Shown here: piece after piece, positions 38,470-49,241 of the stretch
Layout of the letters: each line of letters starts with the position of its first letter
Numbering within the stretch: position 1 is the first letter of the stretch
DNA from: Podarcis erhardii
Taxonomy: Eukaryota
DNA: 64,000 nt
Assembly (NCBI GenBank): GCA_964252035.1
Contig: OZ176216.1
Direction: 5' to 3' (one strand)
The notes under the pieces: generated by a model
The model's input: the letters and a program-made list of their open reading frames with translations, nothing else
What the model was told of the DNA's origin: nothing
Databases searched by the model: none
Program-made: the position numbers and the translations under genes

Positions 38470-38628
38470 CAGTGGCGTAGCGTGGGGGTTGCAGGGGGGG
38501 CTGGCCGCACCGGGCGCAACATCTGGGGGTTAGGGTTAGGGGTAGGGTTAGGGGGCGCAAATCCATGGGTTAGGGGGTGCAAATTACTTGCCTTGCCCCG
38601 GGTGCTGACAACCCACGCTACGCCACTG
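38470..38628. mobile_element. hAT MITE carrying TTAGGG-like repeats
   Basis: 17-bp perfect TIR cagtggcgtagcgtggg / cccacgctacgccactg. Perfect 8-bp TSD atctgaat. Interior contains gggttagggttaggggtagggttaggggg. Confidence 0.92.
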
Positions 38629-40129
38629 ATCTGAATAAATGTGTAACTGGAAGTTGCATTCCAATCTGCAAGCAAATTTGGGAGTGCAAATAGCAAAAAA
38701 CAAAATAAACAAGTTCCTCACCCATCCCTACTCCAGAGGCCCTGGATCATGAAGGCTGTTTGTCGAACCTCTTGCTTGCAAAACTTGATAGTAGCTTGGA
38801 GACATTTTTAACTGTCTGGACCTGTTTTGTTTTTAAAATTCTGGGCTGAAATTTCACCAGAGCAGAAGTCTTCCCTCTTTCATATTTTCTCAGTGAGCAC
38901 AGAGAACTTAGGCAGTGGTTGTAGTGGAAGGTAGTCACCGGGGCCCCCTCAGTTCTAGAGTGCTACTTCTGCTGTTTTTACTGCCCCACAATGATGCCAC
39001 ATCATGATGTAACATCCTTCTGGGTGGCATTTTCAAAAACTTTGCCAGATATCTCTAAAATTAAAATGTAGCCAGCGGGGGCTGCCATTTCTCTCATAGA
39101 ATGCTCCTCAAAATGATACTATGGTGTAGCATTGTTCAAGGGTATTGTGAGTTTCTAAACACACACACACACACACAATGGCAGTCAGTGGCAGAAAGTA
39201 ATTGGCAGGGGGTGTCAATGAAATGCTCCTGTCTTCAAATCCCTCAGCCCCTATAAAAACAGTTCTGCAACCTGTGAATGGGAACATTAAGAAAGGAGAA
39301 TTCACTCAGAAAAAGCAATTCTCTAGTTTATGGCATTATGGGAAATTTTGACAGCAGTTCATCACCTGACATGGACCTGAGTATGCCTGTTGTTCACCAC
39401 CAAGTAAGCCCACCAGGGACCAACTGCTGTAGGGAGCATCCCACAAGAGGACATTCTTCTGAAGTCTTCCTAAAACCTGGGGCTGGCCCTGTTTCTATGT
39501 ATACATGCTTGTAGTCCACCCTAACCCATCCAGCTTAGTGTTGTCACCATTGACTGCCAGTAGCTCTCTGGCATTTCAGGCAGGAGTCCTTCCCAGCCCC
39601 ACCTGATGATGCCAGAGAGTGAATCTGGGACCTGTTGCATCCAAATCACGAGTTCTACCACTGCGCTGTGGCCCTTCCCAAAGCAACATGTGGCTATCCC
39701 ATTTCATCCTCCTGTGAGATAAGGGACAATCCAAATAGAATCCAATGAATCAGAGATTTGAATCCAAGCCTCTGCCTCTTGAAGCTTTAGCTGCATCGCC
39801 ACTTTGTTTTAGACATTAACTTTTGGCAAGTGATGTTAAAATATGATGCAAGGGCCACCCTTGTGAATGTCTTTAAAGAGAGGAGTTTCACCCCCATAGA
39901 ACGATGCTTCTTTCCCCCCATTCCTTCATTCTGACCTTGGCATTTTCTTTCTCCACTCCCAAGTTCCTTTGCCATCCTCTGTCCAGCTTTGCCTCCCATT
40001 TGTCAATGTTGTTATTGAATTTTCAAATGCCAGGAGTGCACATAAATCAATGGCCCGCTTCTCCCCAGTGGCATATCCCTGCCACATGTGGTCATTCATT
40101 TTTTTTAATAAGTCTGCCTCTCCTTTCTC

Positions 40130-40490
40130 CCATTTATAAAAATGCATCTTGGTCAGCCATTGCCGTCCATCATTCGGGGAGTCCAGCTATTTGTTGTCCT
40201 CGAGTGCTTATTCATCAACGTTTTCAAAAGCAAAATCACTCTTTGCCTCTTGCTCTTATTGTGCCATCAATCTTGACTGGAGATCAATAAACTGCACTGT
40301 TGCAATTTCCCTCCTCCGCCCCACTGACAACGCACCCAGGCTAGCTTTCCCGGAGTAAGTGTTTTTATTTACATTTTTAACTGATCGTTTGGTGCCAGGC
40401 AATGGCAGTGTCATCGCAAAGAATGCTTTCATAGGCTCCCAGAGTAACAATAACTATCCGAGCATCGGTCATTTCATGCAGTAACCCCAA
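40130..40490. promoter_or_regulatory. Candidate conserved non-coding element
   Basis: TE-free with many CpGs. ccatcaatct at 40264-40273 (PBX-HOX-like), ctgaca (MEIS-like), ttggtgccaggcaa (NFI-like). Confidence 0.4.
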
Positions 40491-40895
40491 AGAAATGGAT
40501 ACTCAGCACATCCATTTGCTTTGCTCTCATAGCATCAATCATAGCGGGAGAAAGAGAAGGAGGAAGGGATGCAGGGATGCGGAAGGAATTCAGCATGGTT
40601 CACTTTTTAATGTGGGCATACCAAATACATGCTTAGCTTTCATGCTTTCCAGTTGCTGGAAACCACAGGAGAGAAGAGTGCTTTGGGGCTCAAATCTTTC
40701 CCCACTGACATCTGGTTGGCCACTGTGATAGCAAGATGCTGGAATAGGTGGGTCATTGGTCTGATCCAGCAGGCTCTCCTTATGCTCTTAGGTGCACACA
40801 TCTATGCATCCAGTGTGCTCCCACTGCTTTCTGTGAAGCCATACATTTGACGCTAGCCACAGTCCACATCTGTCCTGAAGTTTCTTTAGAAATGG

Positions 40896-42053
40896 AGGGA
40901 CCACTAGGGGCGCATCAGAAGATGGCTGACAATAACTTCTCTCCGACCCACATGAGGTAAATTGGAGGCTGTGATGGGAGTAAATAGCCTCCCTACCCCT
41001 CCCCAGGATTGTGGTGGGGGACTGCCCTTGCCTGCTGTGCCCTATACCACCCCCGAATTTGTGGGGATGGGGGCACTAGGCACAATGCCCTCCTGTGAGA
41101 TTTCGGCGCTCCTGGATGCCGTCTCTGATCCGCGCCACTAGCTGCAAGAACTTCAAAAGAAACAATTTGGATGAAGCGAATGCACATGTTTCAAGGAAGA
41201 AGGGGGAATAAAGACTGCTAACAGAAGAGATCTCTGATAAAACAAGACGAGTCGGAGGAACAAATATAAATCATGAGAAGATACGCCAAGACTTGGTATG
41301 GCAAAGGGACTGATGGGGGAGGGGGAAAAAACTTTCCTTTCTTTCCCTATGTGATTAAACAAGAATCCCCCCCCCACAAGTCAGAAATGTCATTTTAAGG
41401 ACTTAAGCTGTGGATTTAAGGCTGTGTGGAGATAAACTTTCGAACCAAAGCATGTTTTAAGAAGAGCGTGGAATGTATAAGGGCTTTGGAATGACGCAGT
41501 TAAAGATTCCGTCGCCATATTGGGAAGTTCTGTCGGAGGACTTAAGTCTGAGAGGAGAAATAGAGAAATAGAGCTGTTTTTATATTGTGGGTGAAACTCC
41601 TCAGTGGGACTTAAGAACGACAGTTCTGTAATTAATGATGGAAAGAGCGCTGTTATCTATGAAGGCGATGATATATGGAAACCATCTTGATTTGAGGATT
41701 GGAAGAACGGAAAAATTCACACAGGATTATTATTGGTGTTTATCGGCTTAAGGAGACTATCAGAAGAGATCATAAAGAAAAAAGAGAAAATATATGAACA
41801 AGATGTGAGGTGGAAACAGCAAGATAAGACTGGATAGAATTATGAACTTTGTTTGGACTGATTTGGACATTAACGCAGTGGCAAGAAGATGATCAGAATC
41901 CCCCTTCGGATCTTGAAATATGGGTTCCCTCAACAAAATTTAAAATTCGGCTTTGTAATTTGGAATTTATGTGATGTGATTTGATTTGATTTGATTTGAT
42001 TGGCCGGTTAATAAAAGTTATTTTTTAAAAAAGAAGAAGAAGAAGAAGAAGAA
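40896..42053 (+). mobile_element. ORF-less 1.16-kb non-autonomous retroposon (LINE-mobilised)
   Basis: Perfect 19-bp TSD gaagtttctttagaaatgg at 40877-40895 and 42054-42072. 5' end ggggcgcatcagaagatggctgac. 3' end (TTTGA)n, AATAAA, A-run and (GAA)n. No internal plus-strand ORF of 60 aa or more. Confidence 0.8.
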
Positions 42054-42108
42054 GAAGTTTCTTTAGAAATGGTGTAGTTTAATGAGCACTCACACTTTGC
42101 AGGATCCT

Positions 42109-42903
42109 TTGCGGGATCGCGCATGGTGCTACAGTTCCTAGGAAGCTTACTGGTGAACAGGGGCCGGCTTGCCTCTCAGTGTTAATTTTTGGAGGTTCAC
42201 GCCCAGCCTCAGTAATCAAGTTTCTTGCTGGGAGGTGGGGCCAGCCCCATTTATAAATAGGTGGTGGAGCCGACAATAGCCAGGCAGTCGGCTCTGGAGA
42301 TTCACCCTCCCTACCCTCCCTTTGTTTAATGTTTCTTGTTTGCAGGTTAACTTTTTCTTCCTGTTTAGCGGGCTCTGCCAGTCTTTGACTGGTTGCTGTT
42401 GAAGGACCGGGAAGAAATTTTCCTGCATTGGCAAGTTTTGTCTTCCCCATAGCAATTCATCACAACTTTGGCGGTTATGGTCTTGGGTGGAATCCTTTAG
42501 TCTTTTCTTCCCTATATGGGGGGGGGGGCATGAAGTGGTGACTCACCCCCCTGTGGCGCGATTCCAGGGTCCCCCTCTTAAAGGGGTTTTATATACATGG
42601 GTGTCACTGGCCATACACTGAAAGGTCATCAGTGAACTACCCTGCGTGCAGGGATATGGGCTGGGCTACCTGCTACACTTACGTCTCACAGAGCACCCCC
42701 ATATCCCATTAACCCTGATGAGCCTCAGTTCCCCTCGGATGGGGGGCTGAGAGGGATACACACCCAAGGCCTAAGCCAAGGTCTTCCTACATTCAGAAGT
42801 ATAATAAAGTTGTGGCCTAATTTTAATTCCATATAACGTTGTCAGTCTTTATTCCTTCCTCATGATCCCTGGGGGTTGGGGCTGTCGCTGCCTGGTCACG
42901 CAA
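42109..42903 (+). mobile_element. No-TSD element with TTGCGGG...CACGCAA termini, copy B
   Basis: TATA-like tttataaata at about 42250, aataaagttgtggcctaatttt at about 42803, colinear with 23187-23935. No TSD. Confidence 0.6.
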
Positions 42904-44465
42904 TGCATTACCTCTCAATCTTCAGTCCGATTTGGAAATGTAAGCTATATGAAGCCATATACACACACCCTCCAAACGTTGGTGTGGACTGCCCTGATAT
43001 GTGCAATAACATGCAAGTGTGAACTGGAATGCAGTGTGGGCAAATGGCCTTGCTGTGTTTTAAGCTGGTAATGTGTAAACAGTCAGTGAAAAATATGAGA
43101 ACCAAAACACAGATATCTTTCAAAATTCACACTTCTACAAATTTTGCAATGCAGCTCCCAAACCCAAAAAATATGTGTACTAAAAATATGCATTAAAATG
43201 CATATATCAGTGAAAATAATAACAATAATATAAATGTACTGCATTAGGCAAAATTGCTTGCAAAATGTGTATACTATGCAAAAATGCGCAAAAGTGGGTG
43301 CATTAGGAGAAACAGCTGACACATAATAAAGTGTGACACATAATAAAAGGCTGACACATTTTCGTGAGGACTGATGTGGAAATATGGCAAACGGAACTTA
43401 AAATGATACATTGGGAAATGGTGGGAAATGGAAAAATAAGAAACAAAAATGGATAGAGTGAGCCATCTCTAAACGTATGCTAGTTTGAAAAATAACAGAA
43501 CAGCCTGGTGACGCACCCTGGGGAGCCTCCATTCACATAGTTGTGAACATGTGAGACGGGCTAAAGGAGTCACTCTAAGAGGCTTGCAAACAGAAATGCA
43601 AACAAAAACATCAAGAATGCAGGAGGACGGAATCAGCAGAAACTAGAAACCCCCTTTTGCACAGTGGTGGGTGTTTCCTTTTGTATAAAGGGCTCTCTGG
43701 ACCTCTCCCCCACTCCCACCCCAATTTGAGAAAGCTCACTAAAACAAAGGTTAGGAATAAATGATGCATTCTGATCCTGTGTACAAATTAATCTCCAAGC
43801 ATATTAATTGCTGATTCATGGCTTGAGTTGCCGTCCTGCTCTATCTCAAAGGCTTGGGGGGGTAATTCTGTCACCTCTAAAATTCTGTGCCTCATCTTCT
43901 CAGTCCCACATGCCAACTGCTTTATTTTGCAACAGAAATTGTGAAGAACCTATCTACTTATCCGGTATTTTCCCATTCACCTGTGCATGAAAAATAGCCA
44001 CCACCTGATGACTTACTCTCATGACGGCTGCAGCTTGTGGAGTTGGCCACCACGTTGTATTTCAGCACAATGCAAAACTTTCTAGCAGCATGGAGTTTGT
44101 TTACGTCATGAGTGAGGAACCTGTGGCCCTTCAATTATGTTGCTCAGCTCCAATACCCATCAACACTAGCCAGCATGGATAGCAGTCAAAGACTATGGTA
44201 AGTGCAGTCTGCAGGGCCACAGGTTCCCCATCCCTGGTCCACATGACCTGGAAATACAACATGGTATACCTACCTCCACGGCAGGAGTGAGGATAGATCA
44301 TATTGATGGTGCTGTTTCAAATAGCATGCATATAGTAGGCAGTCATACACTTAATTCTGCACGTTTCTCCTAATATGTGCATTTTTGCATGCAACTTCCC
44401 ACCGCAATATTCCCCAACAGAGGCATTTCTGTACAGTCTTTTAGCTAATATATGCATTGTGTGCT

Positions 44466-44831
44466 GGGACATGGGTGGCGCTGTGGTCTAAACCACAGAG
44501 TCTAGGGCTTGCCGATTGGAAGGTTGGCGGTTCGAATCCCCATGACAGAGTGAGCTCCCATTGCTCGGTCCCAGCTCCTGCCAACTTAGCAGTTCGAAAG
44601 CACGTCAAAGTGCAAGTAGTTAAATAGGTACCGCTCTGGCGGGAAGGTAAACGACGTTTCCGTTTGCTGCTCTGGTTTCGCCAGAAGTGGCTTAGTCCTG
44701 CTGGCCACATGACCCAGAAAAACTGTCTGTGGACAAATGTCGGCCCCCTTGGCCAGTAAAGCAAGTTGAGAGCTGCAACCCCACAGTCATTCGCAACTGG
44801 ACTTAACTGTCAGGGGTCCTTTACCTTTTTT
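44466..44831 (+). mobile_element. Sauria SINE
   Basis: Full-length copy. 14-bp TSD tatgcattgtgtgc at 44451-44464 and 44832-44845. Confidence 0.95.
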
Positions 44832-44984
44832 TATGCATTGTGTGCACACATTCCCATAATATATGGGAATACTGTACATTCATTTTGTTGCTGTTGGAGA
44901 GGGCCGAGATGGAAGGGATGCTGCTGTGGTGCAAACAAACCATAAGGAGCACCAGACTGGCTCTGCTGGTGTGTTTGCACCATA

Positions 44985-45506
44985 CTTACCTCTCCACCAC
45001 CTTATCCCCTCTCCCTTCCAATAAGCAACATTGAGCTACCTGCTGGGAAGCCAAAATAGCAACCCATTTCTGCTATGGTGCCTAGTTTTTTATATAAACT
45101 TGCTTCACTTTTGAAGTGTCTATGGGGAGTTTTCTACGTGCCCTTTCTTTCATTCTTTGAATCAGCTTACTAATGCTTACATTCTGCAGCCTTCCTTTGT
45201 CCCTGTACTTCAGTTAACGCCTGGGAAGAACATCATGAGATAGCTCTTACCTCTCCACCACCTTATCCCCTCTCCCTTCCAATAAGCAACATTGAGCTAC
45301 CTGCTGGGAAGCCAAAATAGCAACCCATTTCTGCTATGGTGCCTAGTTTTTTATATAAACTTGCTTCACTTTTGAAGTGTCTATGGGGAGTTTTCTACGT
45401 GCCCTTTCTTTCATTCTTTGAATCAGCTTACTAATGCTTACATTCTGCAGCCTTCCTTTGTCCCTGTACTTCAGTTAACGCCTGGGAAGAACATCATGAG
45501 ATAGCT
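44985..45506. repeat. 261-bp x2 near-perfect tandem duplication
   Basis: Units start at 44985 and 45246 and differ only by two compensating 1-bp T-run indels. Confidence 0.95.
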
Positions 45507-46811
45507 CTTTGCACTGAGACTTTTTTCCACATCAGAAATTGTGGGCAGCCAGGCAGGCTGAAAAATTCTAGGGAAAGGAATACAGGAAAAAACAGAAAAC
45601 ACACGTAGAGCCCCTCTGCTGCCTCACAATGATAAGGTAAGCTCAGAATCCCAAAGCAAGTGGAATTCTAAAGAAATTCTCAATTGCACATGCACAAAGT
45701 AAGCCTTTTCCTCAGAGAAAGAAAACTTTCTAGAAACACAGGGACAGTTTTTGGCAGAGCATTAGTCACCCATGGCCATACCATAGTTAGCCTCACACAC
45801 AATAGTTTGCAAAACCACTTCAAACCAGGGCTTCGGATTCTGGCCGATTGGCCCATTGCAAACCACTGTCTTTCAGGAGTGTATCAAAGCTGGGGAGGAA
45901 ATGGCCTTTTGAAGATGTTCTTAACAATGCAAGGAAATATTGCATGTAAAAGTATTGAAGAGGAAGAGGAAATTAGAGGCAGTTTGAAGGAAACAGTTGA
46001 ATGAAGGAAGCACCTGCCTTGATAATACATGCAGGCCTCAATTGGTCCTATTCTGTGGTTTGATGCTTAATTGATTAATTTGAGGCAACAAGATTTAGTG
46101 TAGCTATAGATTAGTGTCAGAGGGATAATCATTGCTAAGCTCTTATTTCCAAGCAGGGTTTCAGCTGCAGTTTGAGCAGACTAAAGCCACCTCTCTGTAG
46201 CCAATTTGAAAGGTTCTTGGAAGAGGTTCCTTTCCATCCCTGTGCAGTGGGAATACAATGGAAAGGTCAGGCGTAGACAAAATCCCTTCCTATAATGTAT
46301 GTGTTTATTCTCAAATTTAATATATGAATGTATTATTTGTTCTTAAAATGTCATTCAATAGATTGTAAGCTTGGGTTTCCTGGCAGACCTTTGAAGCTTA
46401 AAGAGTAATGTAATAAGAGTATGTTAATCCATAGGCTATACAGCCATCTCTCTGCAGACACCATCCCCCGCCATCTCCTGCCAAGAACTGGCTCTGAAAC
46501 ACAGCGTCATCCCTGCCAGCAATCGTTCAGAGGAATTTCCCTCTAACAATAACAGGCTTGTTAGATAATTACAAGCCTGAAAAGCTGCTTTGGTTCTGTC
46601 CACCTTTATATTCAGCCTAGTTCTCCCTGAGGTGGTGAACCTGGGTCTGGGCTCTACTGTTTCGAGATGGCAGGTGGTGAACTGACAGGATAGACAGGGG
46701 TCCCTGCAGAACAAAACTCTGCACATGGAGGTGCCAGGTAGAGAAAGTTGTAGACAGCAGCAGCAGGGAGATTGGCCCAGTTGAAATGGAGGAGAGGGCT
46801 CTCCATGGCTA

Positions 46812-47170
46812 CTCAGTTAAATTTTTCTCTAGGACTTTCGTTTTCATCTTATTCAACTTAAAGCCTGCTACCTGACCAAATTCTTGAATCAGTTCTAATA
46901 CTCTTTTAGCGCTTGATTCTGGCTCCTGTAAAGCCAGTACCAAATCATCAGCAAATGCTTTCAATTTGTACTGTTTGGCTCCCACTTGTATACCTTTTAC
47001 CAATTGGTCCCTTCTAATCCTATTTAACAAAACTTCCAGGACCGATATAAAAAGCAATGGAGAGATTGGGCAACCTTGTCGTGTTCCTTTCTCAATCTTA
47101 AATTCTTCCGTCACTACATTGTTCACAATTAATTTAGCCTTTTGTTCTGAGTAAAGTGTCCTTATGCTCG
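46812..47170 (-). mobile_element. Internal L1 reverse-transcriptase fragment
   Basis: Uninterrupted frame ...KGTRQGCPISPLLF...LKAFADDL...FGQVAGFKLNKMKTKVL. No tail and no clear TSD. Confidence 0.92.
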
Positions 47171-47280
47171 AATCCTGCTTGTGGATTTCCCACAATCATC
47201 TGGTTGACCATTGTAAGAAAGGACACTGGACTAGATGGGTCAGTGGCCTGATTGAACAGGCTCTTCTTATGTTCTTATGT
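47171..47280 (+). mobile_element. CR1 3' end
   Basis: ctggactagatggg...caggctcttcttatgttcttatgt with the 8-bp repeat tail typical of CR1. Confidence 0.7.
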
Positions 47281-47326
47281 AAAATGCTCTGGCTGGCCTG
47301 GCTTAAACCAGACATAAGACACAGTA

Positions 47327-47555
47327 CAGTGGTACCTCGGGTTAAGAACTTAATTCGTTCTGGAGGTCCGTTCTTAACCTGAAACTGTTCTTAACCTGAG
47401 GTACCACTTTAGCTAATGGGGCCTCCTGCTGCCACCGCATGATTTCTATTCTCATCCTGAAGCAAAGTTCTTAACCCGAGGTACTATTTCTGGGTTAACA
47501 GTCTTTAACCTGAAGCGTCTCTAACCTGAAGCATATGTAACCTGAGGTACCACTG
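47327..47555 (+). mobile_element. Tigger-like MITE
   Basis: TIRs and TA flanks as in the other copies. Confidence 0.93.
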
Positions 47556-47750
47556 TACTGATTGGCCAATTCGCTGTTCAACTCAGGCTCATACAACTCC
47601 TTGGTTGCAATAGTAATCACTTGACTCTTTCTCCTTCAGTGTGATGTTCAGTGGAAGCTGGACAGGGATGTCTTCCAACAAACTACTCAGACCCTCCTTG
47701 CCACCAGTCTTAGTAATAACCTCCCAATCTTCTTTGCCTTTGACAAATCT

Positions 47751-48102
47751 TGTCAAGACCACCATAACGCGCAGCGTAAATTAATAAAACAGAGTCTTCT
47801 TCAGTAAAAGAATAAAAGCTTTACTGAGTTAAAATAAACTCGTTTGCAAATGACAGCATAGTGGACAGAAGATTAAACTAGCTTCAGAGCATATACAGAG
47901 TTACTGAGTCACACAGAAGCACCACACACCAAACAGTCTCCATTGAGCACAGGCTCCACCACACTGACACACAGATACTGATACACACTGAGTCTGCCTG
48001 CAAGCAGATACAATGCTTATACAAATAAGGAGTCATCCTCAAGGTGAGCCACAGTGATTCAGCATGCTAAATGATTCTGCAGCTTTTCAGCATTTCACAA
48101 CA
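47751..48102 (-). mobile_element. Probable Gypsy-type solo LTR
   Basis: Minus strand reads TGTTGTG...TTGACA, 352 bp, with a TATA-like tataag and an AGTAAA signal. Flanks aatct and tttct match only 3 of 5. Confidence 0.5.
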
Positions 48103-48419
48103 TTTCTGGACTCCTTTACTGCTTCTGCTCTCAAATACCTTTGTCACATAACACACCACTCCTTGTTTGATGCCATGGGGCTTATGACACCAGCAGGAGC
48201 ACCAGACTGCCCTTATCACTCTCACTCCACCTGCCAGAAAGCTAGCATGGTAGCTCCTCACCACTGCTTCTGGTTCTAGCTTAATCTTCTGCCTAATAGT
48301 TCTAGTTTTCCATATGCTGGACAAAGTTTTTTTGTATGGGAAAGCATAAAGTTATGATTCCCCTGTTTGCCATATGAAGTGGCACAGTCTAGAAACAGAT
48401 TTAGCTCATTATTATCTTC

Positions 48420-48535
48420 CTACTCTGTCTGGTAGTGGCTCGCAAGGGTTTCAAAGTGGGGGCATTTCCAACCTGGAGAAGCCAGGGATTGAACCCAGAG
48501 TCAAGCAGATGCTCTACCACTAAGCCACAGTCCTT
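48420..48535 (-). mobile_element. tRNA-derived SINE, degraded
   Basis: ctggagaagccagggattgaaccc...gcagatgctctaccactaagccacagtcc is the reverse of the A/B-box head. Confidence 0.6.
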
Positions 48536-49105
48536 TTCCTCTCCTTTGTCATCTCAGTGACTCTTTATGTCAGTGCTGACATAAAGGATCTGTGACCCTC
48601 CTGGTGTTGCTGGACTCCCAACTCCCACCACCAGCAGCCAGCAGGCCCAATGTATCAATTCATACCATTGCACATGATTTATTATGCTCTTGTGGTTCTT
48701 CTGTTGCTAGCCATCTTGAGACCCCACATAGGGGAATGCAGGGATGCAAACTGGTTTAATCAATGCATCAATGCTTCTGTCTTTTTTGTTTTTAATTGAC
48801 TCAATGGCTTAGTTACTGATTATCATTTTATTACCCTTTGAATATTGTTAGCCACCTTGGCTGCTTCTCTGGTTGGTGGAAGATATTCTGATTACAATAA
48901 ATAAAACTCCACAGAGGAATAATCTTTGGAATCATCAATATGATCACATCAAGAATGTGTGGGTTGTTGTTTTTTAATGAATCTTCTATTATGACCTCAC
49001 ATCTTCCCTCCAATGGCATTTCCTGGATGTACATCAGTCAGGGTAGAGAGAGCGGCATGAAAATTGGTAAACAAAGAGCTCCCGTGCCCTTCAGTCACTT
49101 TACAG

Positions 49106-49241
49106 CAGGCATGGCCAAATTTGGCCTTCCAGCTGTTTTGGGACTACAATTCCCATCATCCCTGACCTCTGGTCCTGTTAGCTAGGGGTGATGGGAGTTG
49201 TAGTCTCAAAACAGCTGGAGGGCCTAGTTTGGCCATGCCTG
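49106..49241. mobile_element. Palindromic hAT MITE
   Basis: TIR caggcatggccaaa / tttggccatgcctg. 8-bp TSD ctttacag / ctttgcag. Confidence 0.9.

Noticed and set aside
38521-38577. Chromosomal interstitial telomere relic
   Set aside because: The repeats lie wholly inside a TIR- and TSD-bounded MITE.
36050-39271. Strong minus-strand acceptors at about 36297 and 39271
   Set aside because: The first has stops in all three frames, and neither has a convincing donor. Isolated acceptors are common by chance. A lncRNA cannot be excluded.
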